DNA from: Squalus acanthias
Taxonomy: Eukaryota
Assembly (NCBI GenBank): GCA_030390025.1
Contig: CM059444.1
Location: 41,106,001 to 41,170,000, forward strand
Length of the DNA: 64,000 bases
Reading direction: 5' to 3'
The notes under the pieces were generated by a model, which ran no database searches, was not told the DNA's origin, and saw nothing but the letters and a program-made list of their open reading frames with translations. Each line of letters begins with the position of its first letter. The first letter of the stretch is position 1. Of the stretch, positions 23,401 to 35,400 are shown in pieces. Position numbers and translations under genes: made by a program.

Positions 23401-26400
23401 AACAATGTTGAAAACCTGTGTCTAGGAATGCTCGACCATAGAGTGCCATCAGTCCTTGCTGACCACATGACTGATAATACCACAAAAAAGGAAAGACTTG
23501 CATTTATATAGCACCTTTCAAAACCTCAGGATGTCCCAAAGCACTTTACAGCCAATGAACTACTTTTGAAATGTAGTCACTGTTGTAATGTAGGAAAGCT
23601 TAGCATAGACCAATCTTGTTCCAAAAACAGAATGCTGCCATGACATCTCTACCCACTTTACCTTCAGTCCCTACAGCTAGTCCACAAAATATGTAGGTAA
23701 CCCCTTGACTCCACCCACCTGACTCTTCCTAACTCCTCTGACCCAGCCTCATCCCTGCTCTCTTATGCCTGCTAACAGAGCCACCCTATTTCTATTTTGG
23801 AGACTGTTAAATGTTTCCCAATACATCTTGCCACCTCTAGAGTGGAAATGAAAGTTATAAGTGCCTGAATAGGCTGATTGTGGAGATCAGATCATTTTCA
23901 AGCTAATCTTGCTGCTTCTATGTTAAGTGATACTTAAGAGTAGCAAGATCTTGGGCCAGATTTTGCTGCAGTAGGGCATCTAACAGCATCTGCCGTTAGT
24001 TAGGCTTGCCCCTGTACCCTTCTAAAAGCATTTTTGCCCACTAAGTTGCTGAAAGTGTGAGCTGATAATGGCGCAGTGAGGGAAACATGGCATCTGGGAC
24101 CTGAGTGAACAGGGCAACCAACTATGTATCTCCTTAACCAATCATATTGAAGGACTGAGAAATAAACAGCGGAAGGACTGAGAAGGAAGTGTAAATTAGA
24201 GTGGTCAATTCAATGCCAAATCAGATACGGAAAGTGAAATAAAGAGAGGGAAAGAAAGATTGGATTAAGAGAGAGAGGGGAAAAAAAATCAAAGGAAAAG
24301 TAAATTAAAAAAAAAATACATTTAACATTTCTTAAATCTCCAACAACAATTAGTACCTGAAGGAATGCGACTCCACACTTGTAATAGATAATTTTCAGTG
24401 CCAGAGAGGCAGTAATTAACAATTATCACTTTGTTAAAAGGGCACTTGTAATGAGATGACTTAACTTTCTGTGACGAGTTTAGTTCATAGTTACTGCGCA
24501 AATACAGCAACTTCACGACATTCAATGCACGTCAATGGTGAGGCAGACAACAAAATGTCGACTTTGCGAAGCTAACGGCAGAGCGGCGCAACTCGGGCAG
24601 CAAATTTTGGATATTGACCTTTAACTGCGCATCTGCTCCTCACCAAGTTGCTGGACCATTTAAACATAAATAATAGCGAGCGCCATTAGCCTTACCATTA
24701 TTTTTACAGCAAAATCTGGCCCCATAGAATGTCATAGTACAGGCTATTTGGACCATCAAGTTTGTGCTGGTTTTTTTTTCCACGAATCACCTGATCTAGT
24801 CCAACTCTCACTCCCCATACCCTTTAATATTCCTATTTTACAAGTAACTATCTAATTCTTTTTTAAATAATTTATTGTCTCTCCTTCAACTATCATTTGT
24901 GGCAGGGAATTCAATATTCTAACCACCCTCTGTAAAGAATTTTTTTCTTACCTCCCTGTTAATTCTCTTTGTGTTAACCTTATATTTGTGCACTTCTGCT
25001 ACCATCTCGCTAACCAGTGGAAACAATCTGTCACCATTTACCGTATCAAACACTTCATAATTTTGAAGAGCTCCATTATAGGAACATTGGAATACGAGTA
25101 GGTCATTCAGCCCCTCGAGCATGTTGTGCCATACAATTAGACCATGGCTGATCTGTACCTCAATTCCATTTACCCACTTTTGATCCATATCCCTTGAAAC
25201 CCTTACCTACATTACAACCGTGGCTACACTTTAAAAGTACTTCATTGGCTGTAAAGCACTTTGGGATGTCCTGAGGTCTTGAAAGGTGCTATAAATGCAA
25301 CTCTTTCTTCTTGCCTAATAAAAATCTGTCGATCTCGGTCTTGAAAATTTCAATTGACCCAGCATCCACAGCCTTTTGGGGGAAAGAATTCCACATATTC
25401 ACTACTTTGTTGAAAAAGCACTTCCTGATTTCACACCTGAATGGTCTAGCTCTAATTTTAAGATTGTGCCCCCTTGTTATGAATTCCCCGCTCCAGGTCA
25501 TCCCTTAACCTTCTCAACTCTAGTGAAGAAGACCCATCTTCTCAAGCCTCTCCTCATAGCTGGTAACACATTTTCCATTGCTTTTATATCCTTTCTATAA
25601 TGGTGTTCCCAAAGCTGTAGATGATGGTGATCTACAGTTTAGGTGACGTGCCTGTCTTCTCACTGAGCAAGCATCTGCAGCCACGTAAAAGTCCCAGTTC
25701 ATACACTCCTGATGGCAAGATCACAAACAACACTGAGAGGTTCCCTAGTGTGTTTTTTTTTGTAATTTGTAGTTATGCTTATTGTAAAAATGTTATTTAG
25801 CTGCTAATGGACAAACCTGATGATGACAGTGGTGGAAAGTAAGTTCACATCTATAAATTGCTGAATTCAAATGCTCATTGAGGGGGAATGCAATGGACAG
25901 AAAGAAAAAGGCTTTCATGTATAAAGCACCTTGCACCGCCTCTGGACATCCCAAAGGGCTTTTGAAGTGCAGTCACTGTTATTTTGTAGGCAAACATGAC
26001 TGCCAATTTGCACAAAGCAAGGTCCTACATAAAGCAATGAGATAAATCATCAGTTAATCTGTTTTGGTAGTGTTTGAGGGATAAATGTTGGCTGGGGCAC
26101 CAAAAGAACTCTCTTCTCTCTTGAATAGTGCCAGGGAGAGGCAGTGGATTCTCTGAAGAGACAGGGAAAAATTACAAGGTTAAGTCAATTAATAGTGATT
26201 CTGCAAATCTTCTGGTACCTGATTGCAAATGCTATTGATGGAGGCCTGGTGTATGCCCCAAAGTAGTGGCCGGAAAAGCAAAACACTTTGGGTGGAGGTG
26301 AGAATTAGGGAAGACGTACAGTAATGTATCTGTAAGAATCAGTGGTGTCATAAAATGCAGAAAAGGCAAATAAGCCTGTGGAATGACTTGAGTAGATTTA

Positions 26401-29400
26401 TGCATCTTTTGTTTGAAGTCAAGACATTTCAATTGAAATAGAAATTTTTTAATTGTCTTCATTAGCATTATGCTTATCTACCAATTCATGATACTTACAC
26501 ATTTTTGTTTCTTGCTCAGCAGAATCAAAAGCTAGAGGTAAAAGAGTGTATTCAAAGCTATACACAACCACAAACAACAGCATTGTCCACAGGAACATCA
26601 ATAATAAACAGTCAAGGTGTGTTAACTAAACTGTTACTTGTATTCTTTAAATAAAAATGGACATCGTGTACAAAATAATCAAATGGATCACAAAACAAAT
26701 TAAGTCTTCGAGCAACACTTTGGTGTATCTTATGTTGCATGTATAGTCTAAAATGCTGTGCTGTAATGTCCATGGGTTAATACTGAATCTATTTCAGTCC
26801 TGTGTTTTAAAATATATCAAATATAATTAGAGATGTAGGCAGTAATAAAAACTTGCATTTTAATAGCATCTTTTATGTAAAAAAAAAAGCGCCAAAGTGC
26901 TTTCTCAGAGGTGTGAGGAAAAAACTGATGCCATGCCAAAGGAGGAGTGATCAAAAGCTTGGTGAAAAGGTGGGTTTTAAGGCGGATCCTAAAGAAGGAA
27001 AGAAAGATGAAGTGGAGGGGATTCCAGAGAGTGGGACCAAAAGCACAGCCGTTAATGGTGGGATGAGGGGAGGAAGGATGGGAGGGATTCCCAAGATGCC
27101 GGAGCTAGAGTAACTGAGAGTTTGGGGGGGGTGGGGGGAGGGCTGGGGGAGTTTAGTGGAGCTGGAGGAGGTTTTAGAGATGGGGAGTGGCAGGATCATA
27201 AAGGGATTTAAACATACGGATAAGAAATTTAATTTGGGGCATTGTGGGACCGGGAACCAAAGAGGTCAAGGAGGACAGGAGACTTGATGCAGGATTGGAT
27301 GAAGGCAGCAGAGTTTTGGATGAGCTGAGGTTTACAGCGGGTGGAGATGGTGGGCTTTCCAGGAAAGCATTGGAATAATCAAGTCGAAAGGTGACGACAG
27401 GCGTGGCTGAGGATCTCAGCAGCAAATGGGCTGAGGTAGGCTTGGATGTGTTTGATATTATGGAAGTGGAACCATGTGGTCTTTGAAAAGATATTCCCTC
27501 ATAGGTCTAAAGTTTGTATCCAAGTTTGTATCTAAGTTTGCTGTCAAGTTTGGAGAAATATGAAATTATCCACTTTGGTAGGAAGAATAGAAAAGCAGAA
27601 TATTTTTTAAAAAGTTAGAGACTAGTAAGTGTTTGTATTCACAAGGATTTGGGTGTCCTTATACATGAATCACAAAGTTAACATGCCTGTACAGTAAACA
27701 ATTGGGAAAGCAAATGGTATGTTAGCTTTTATTGCAAGGGGGTTGGAGTACAAGAGTAAGGAGGGCTTTGGTGAGACCACACCTGGAGTACTGTGTACAG
27801 TTTTGGTCTCTTTACCTAACGAATGATATATTTGCCTTGGAGGGGATGCAACGAAGGCTCACTAGATTGATTCCTGGGATGAGAGGGTCGTTCTCTGAGG
27901 AGAGATTGAGTAGAATGGGCCTATATTCTCTGGAGTTTAGAAGAATGAGAGCTGATTTTATTGCAACATTTAAAATTCTTAGAGGGCTTAACCGGGTAGA
28001 TGCTGAGAGGTTGTTTTCCCAGGCTGAAAGAGTCTAGAACTAGGGGTCATAGTCTCAGGATGAGGGGTTGGCCATTTAGGACTGAGATGAGGAGAAATTT
28101 CTTCACTGAGGGTTGTGAATCTTTGGAATTCTCTACCCCAGAGGGCTGTGGATGCTCAGTCGTTGAGTATATTCAAGACAGATCAATAGATTTTTGGACA
28201 CTAAGGGAATCAAGGGATATGAGGATAGGGTGGGAAAGTGGAGTTGAGGTAGAAGATCAACCATGATATTGTGCAGGCTGGAGGGACCATATGGCCCACT
28301 CCTGCTCCTATTCTTGCATTCTTATGTTCTTAAACCTGTAGGTTTATCATTCCAAACTTCAATGTTACATGCATGACCATGACTGATTCAACTTGGATTA
28401 ATATACTGTAGTTTAAATGTCTCCATCCTTCATATTTACTCAATAGTTTTCTATATTTTCTACATTATCAAATATCTGTTACTCAAGAGGAATCCCACAA
28501 TATCACTGGCTGGCCATACAAAGCATAAGAAATATGCAGCGAGTTTGAAGGGGAAGCTGAGAAGTCTAACCATATGGTTATTGTCAGCATGACTTACAGA
28601 CTTGATCACTGCAGTTGGCATCGAAGCTGCATACATTTAGATGGGATAATGCATCTTCAAGGTTGGCTGCAGTGATCCAGTTTTCCATTTGTGCTTGCTA
28701 AATGTGCAAGTGTGTTCTTCAAATTCTCCTTAAGTCAAAGTCCTCAAATGCAATGAGTTGATCATTTATGGTCATGATAATTTTGAAATGTTGAAAATGC
28801 CAGAAACCTAAATTTTTCTATTGTTGTATTTCAGTTACTATTACTGACATCAGTGGGGCAGGATCATCCGATACAATGTTTGTTATGTCGTCTACAGTGG
28901 ATCTTCTTCCTCTGGCAATAAACAGGTTTCAGGTATGTCTCAAAGGATTTCAAAATGTTCCGCGTATTTTTGTGTCAATTGTCATATTTATGTTTCTGCT
29001 TCATGTTTTCTGTGATTTTGTTTTCCCTTTGTTGCACCTGTAGTTTTTAGAGTCGAGAGAGTGCTTATACTGACATTTCTCTGCAGCAAACATGTAATTT
29101 CGGATTTGAGTAATGTTTTTGTGTAGTTTATGTGCAGTCATTCCATCTGTTTGCATTTGCAGTGTTCTTTCATTTGTAGCAACTGTTGCTGCTGTTATTT
29201 TCTTTTTTCATGAATCCTCTTGAGCTGTTTAATAAAACCTGTTAATTTGCTGCCAAAAATTGATAGTAATTGAATGGGCATGGATAACATTTTTCACTTG
29301 AGCAGTGACAAGAGTACACGATGCATAGTGTTTTGTATTTTGTGCGCCAACAGAATGCAACTGGAATCAAATTTAACGAGGACAGATGTCTTATAAAATT

Positions 29401-32400
29401 AACCCTGGTGGTTTCTGTGTTGTATAGACTTTATGCTGAGGTGCCAACAGAAAATTCAGATCATTAACAATTTAATTTGTGAGTGATATGTAACAGGGTG
29501 TCTAACAGTCATGTATTTGCTGGTGACCTGAAGCTATGTGGGTAGGTGATGAGTGGAAAGGTGACTATCTTAAGAGACTCGACCAATTGGGCTGAAATAT
29601 GGTGCGGTTAAATGTAGGATAATGCATATACGAAGAAGTAACAGTCACTAGCCATAACATGAAAATGTACCCAATGTCAGAGGCTCAAAAGAATTTGGAA
29701 GTGATTAGTGATTGTACCTGAAAGCATTGGGTCAGTGTGAAGCAGCTATCAGTAAGACAAACCAGGTGTTGGGACGACACTAAAGAGCATTGAATTGCAA
29801 GTTTTGCTGACACTACAGATCAGTGGTGAGTATGGCGAGTAATTTTGGTACCCTATCAAGAAGAATATAGTTGCAATAGCAAAGATTCAAAATAAGAGTG
29901 AATAGAATATGGTTCAGGAAACTAAATTCTGACACTTTTTTTTGCAGGAAAAAGGAAAACTATGGAGCGATGTGATATAACTCTTTAATAAATATTCGCC
30001 CCCTCTTTCTCTTGCCCCTCGCACCTCTCTATCTCCGGTGCCCCCCAGCTCTCTTTCCCCCACCTTCCTTCCAACCTCCACCTCTTCCCTTTTCCGCCTC
30101 TTCCCCCCCCCCCGGCGCGCCTCTCTCTCTTCTCTCTCTCCTCCCCCCCCCCCCCCCCCCCGGCTTGTCCTCTCCCTCTCGGCCTGCCCCCTTTTCAGGT
30201 AAACTGTAAATGGGGTTTTTACCATATAGGAAATGAGATCAATTTTTTGCATCAAATCTTCCAGGCTGGGTTTAAAAGGGAGGATTTGTAGAGCATTGTG
30301 CTAAACTGATCAGCTGCGCAAATGGGCATCTGGCCCAGATACAATGGCCTGGAATTTGCAGTCAGCGGCGAGGGTGGGGGGGGCACAGCGCAGCCTGTGG
30401 AGGAGCAGTGAATGACAGACCGCAGCTTCACGATTCCTGAAGTTCTGGTCAGTTTCAAAGGCGGAATGGCGGCGAACGCTGCCAATTCACCGTCTTCCAG
30501 ACCGCAAATTCCGGCCCATTGTTCTAGCTAGTCAGTTGAATATATAGTTCACATCAAAAGCAAATGAAAGATTGCAGGTGCTGTCTTTCAGCCGTTTGGA
30601 AGAGAATTACTGGAGAGAAAATGGACTGACTTCAACAGAAAAAAATCAAACAATGTACTGGTTTTCCTTATTTTAAAGGTCACAATGAAAATATTTAGAA
30701 TATGGATTTGTTTCTTCCTGTAAACTAAACTTAATCCATTCTGAGAGAGATTTATTTCAGCACAACAGAAAGGGTTCCTCATCTTCCAAATAAATTTGAC
30801 TATTGACCAGCTTGTTTAATGCAATGAGGCCTAAGTGAAGTAAAATATGGGCTCTCCAGTATTCCTGGCAGGAACAGAATGTCTGATAACCAGTAGCTTG
30901 CAGAGGAAAAGGGGAAACTGTTGTATATAAAATGGGTTAGCAAGAGTTGCATGCTGTCTTACATTTTCTCAGAAAATTGCATGAAGCTAGCATAGTTATA
31001 GTAAAACATGTTGGTGTCTCAAAGACCCACTCGCCAAGGAATGATGCTGATCTTGTGAATAACGTTCTTCACTAATTTATTTCAGGTTGTTCCAACATCT
31101 CAGGACATTGTTAATAAAATTGAGCATTATGCAAAAAGTGAAATGAAGCCAAATGAAGCACCAGATCCACCAGGAGAAAATTTATTATGTCCATCATTAG
31201 CAAATGGAGAAAGTGACCCAAAGAAGGAAAAAATGGAAAATAAGCTGCTGTCCATTACAAGAATCGACACAATTGGCAGATTTTCAGTTATTAGTACAAA
31301 AGATGAAGTGACTTTAAAATATCCTCGTCTCAATAGATATTCTGCACCTCCTGAGCTTTATATAAATGAATCTCCTACTAGCCCTGATTTAAAGCCTTTG
31401 GTTACTCGAGCTCAAACCTCTGTTCCTGTGGACGTTATGCTTCACAGTCATCTATCTTCAGATTCTGATGAACCATTCAGTACAAAACCGAAGGTTATTC
31501 AAACATCAGTTATTTGCAATCAGACAAGCACAGCTGGCGAGTTCCCTTTACCAAGAAAATTAACTGCTTTGTTGAAGACTGGTGAGAGACAGAGACCTGA
31601 ACCTGCAAATGGCCAAGCAGCAGCTCCTCCAACTATAACTATTCATTCTGCATCTCCTTCCCAGTCATCTTATATGAGCAGTGACAATGATTCTGAATTT
31701 GAAGATGCTGACATGAAAAAAGAACTACAGACACTACGAGAAAAGTGTGTTTGTTCATACTTGGGTTCAAGTATACATTGTCTTTGCTTTGATAAATTAT
31801 TAGCCTGTATATAATTTTGGAAGTTACAATAAAAACCCTTTTAGTCAATCAATACAACAAATGGGAAAAAAAATACTGGTTTGTGATGAGTATAGAGTAG
31901 ATTAACATGCTATTGTTTTATTGGCAACAAATGCACACATTAACTTATGTGAGTTAATTTGCGCAGATGTACAATTAATTTCCCTTAAGTCTTTGTGTTG
32001 ATTTATGCACTCAGATTCTGATGTTCAAGTTGAATTAGCAAAGCTTTCTTTATAGTTAACCAATGTAGCAATAATTCATGTAACTTTTCTGTGTTATTAA
32101 CTTTAAAACATGATGTATGTTAATTTCTCTCTCCTAGACACATGAAAGAGATCTCAGAACTTCAAGTTCATCAAAGACATGAGATCGAGGAATTGTACAG
32201 ACGTTTAGGGAAACCTTTACCAACAGCTTTAGGATTCTTGCAAGCTGTGCCACCTACAGGCCGACGACGGAGAGCCAGCAAGAACAAACTAAAAGCTTGC
32301 AGGCTACTTAATCCGTTAGTGCAATCACTGAAGAATGCAGCCTCCAATACAAGTGAGTGCACATGTTTGATTGAACAGTTCATCAGTCAAAATTCAGAAT

Positions 32401-35400
32401 GATTCATCATGCAAAATCATTAATATGCCATTAACTTGTGCAAAGAATGGTACACCTTATGCCCTGATGAACATGGCACGGTATCAAAACTTGTCTCTTG
32501 TAGTAAACCCAGTTGTTTCTTAAAGAGCTATCTATAGTGGATCACCAAGTGGAATAAAAGCCTTTCTGGTGCAGAAGTTCAGCTTAATATATAATGTGGA
32601 ATTGTTCAAGTACTTAGAATGTGCTCTCTTTCCTGTTACAGGTCTTCAAACAGATAATTACACAGTTTCTACAGCTCCAGATGCCCCATGTAGTTGTGAT
32701 ACACCAGAACCTGCTCAATCTCAGACTGTGCAGACACAACAGCCCTGCTCTATCAAGTCCTCCTTATCCTCTGACGATGTTTATTCAGGCTTTGTTAGTG
32801 ATACGGCTGGTGCTGCACAAGGAGGCATTGGCCAAGGTAACTGTATAAACACTTTATTAAATATATGGTACCATAATGAGCAGGTTTTGGTTACTGAAAA
32901 TCTATTAGATTTTAACATGGTATGCAAAATTAAATACCAGTTTTTACCAAATTTCATTTTAAAATGTCAGGAAACATTCCTTGAGAAATACAAATATAAT
33001 TGATCCTTGCTGCAAATATGTCAGTGGCCAGGTCAATGGCAGATGAAATTTAATATGGCCAGGTACTGCACATAAGAAAATAGGCAACGTAAGTACTTCA
33101 TGAATGATGTTGAAATGGTTAAGTATGAATTTGAAAGATCTAGGTGTTTTAGTAGCCTTAACGCTCAACACGTTCAGTTGCTAAGGAGCAGCAATCAATA
33201 TAGCAAATTGAATACTGAACAATATAACCAAAAAATGCATTGAAACCCTGGAGGAAAATCAGAGAAGAGCCAGAAGATTGATCCATAACATCAGAGAATT
33301 GAATTATGATGAATTGCTTGAAAAACGGGCTTTTCTGCCTTGAAAGAAGGTGACGGAGAGGTAAATAAGATAGTAAAGGGTATGCAAAAGGTCTATCCAG
33401 AACAAACAAAAAGATTACTGTGCAACAAGGGGACATGGGTTGTAATTAGTGAAAGGAAAATTTAGCTCATGTCAGGAAGTTCTCAACACATGGAATGGGT
33501 TTCCAGGTAGAGTACTGGAGGTGAAAACCCTAGAATAATTTGATAAACAATTGGATGCTGCGATTGGAGAGGAATTGAAAGGTCTTTCTGGATGGATCAG
33601 TTAAAATAGTTCATACGGTCTTTCTCATCTGTATCTATCCTGAGAACTTTCTTAATAGCAATATCTTTCAGAAAGTGGGGTAGATTTTAACTATAGCACG
33701 GCCAAGCAGCAGTGTGTGCCAGCCAACCACCCAATAGTGCCAGTGGGAGGCCCGGTCCATTTCGAGGACTGGGCCTCATTAGCACATACGTGGCGAGCTG
33801 CACTGTAGAAACTGGTGTCCTGATACAGCTTGCCAGCTCCAGCCTGACACAATATTGGTCAACCCAGCCAGGAAAATGTTAGGTCATGGATGGAGTGAGT
33901 TGCGATTGTAGAGGGAGGAGAGTCCGGGGTGGCAACGGCCAACATTATTATTGTCAAGCACAAAGGAGCACTTTTGCTCTTCCTGGCCCCCAAAATTTTT
34001 TTTAGCATTTTTTAGGCCTCTTCTGCTGTACTGCCAAGTTTTACTGATGGGAGCGTCCACAACCGACATTCTGCCCAGTCATCCGTTAAAATGGCATTGG
34101 GGACTTCATTTGCATAGATTAGCGTGGTTCCTGCCTGATTCAGGCAGGCGCCTAGACCGCCCAGCAGAAAGATGGCGGCAGAGAGGAAACGGTAAGTCCA
34201 TCACCTTCATAATAACTCCACTACCGTCCCGTTTCCAGTGGGCGGAGGGCGTTAAAATCTCCTCCAGTGTGTTTGTGTTGTGTCTGATTTTTAAAATTAG
34301 GAACTCCTGGTGTTTTAAATACAGGGAGATTTTAGTGTCTTCCAGCTTACAGTTTCTTTAATGCTACATTTTCTCATCCTAGCTGACATAGTGATTTTTA
34401 CATGGAGAAAATTGAAACAGTTCAGCTCATGGTTAGTCCCAGAAATGCCATCCTGTTTCTTGGTCATTCTAGCAGTTGGCCTATTTGACTGACTTGCAAA
34501 CAGTCCTTGCAGTTTCCTTTCCATCCATGAGATGTGTAGAAAACTAGCAACCTCTGCTCTCTGGGAAGTTTTACTGTGAGTCTCAGTCGAGAATGGAATT
34601 TTGAATTTTCTTTGGAATTGAGCTGTCCATGAATGCAGCTATGGAGATGCTCAGTACTTCATTTTACTTGAATTTGAAACTGGTGATTAAAATATTACGG
34701 TACTCTAGTATTAAAATGTATGTTTTACTCTCTTTTCTAATTCTGTAACTGCAATCTATAAGTTATTATACCAGAACATGCAGATCAACTTTTGTACTCC
34801 TTGTGTCTGATATCCATTGTACTATTGCACATATGATATAGCATTTTTCTTCATTACATGCTATTAACTCACCTCACAATCATTTTTCATAAAGCAAGAC
34901 AAAAACAGAATGTGACTACTGATAAGGGAAGAATTAGACTTTGCTTTACTGCTGTCCAAATTTTTTTTTAAACTGTAGACACGTGTAATTCACCCCAGCC
35001 GTTCATTCTGTATAATCATGCTGCTGAAGCAGTATAGGTGTGGCAAATTATCAGCAAAATGCTGCATTCGGAAATAGTATAAGAAAACTATTTCTATTGA
35101 TGCTTAATACAGAAAATATTACAATTACCATCCTCATTTCAGTCCAGGAACTGAAGTACTATTAAAGCACTTTTTTTTTTTAACAAGTCTCAAGTTTCTG
35201 AACTGGAAAAAAAAATACACACACATTAAGTTCTGAATCAAAGCTACATTTAAAAATGTGGAAAACTCATTTATGAAATTTAATGCATTACTTCACCATT
35301 TTAACAGGGAAAAACTTAAAACTTATGGCTGCAAATAACCTTTTAATAATCATTCAACAACCTAACCATACTACTAAACTGCTACACGTAGTCTTTATTT

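Noticed and set aside
29914-30255. Gly/Arg/Glu-rich and Pro-rich ORFs, also 3717..4103
   Set aside because: Artefacts of C-rich low-complexity DNA that lacks stop codons.
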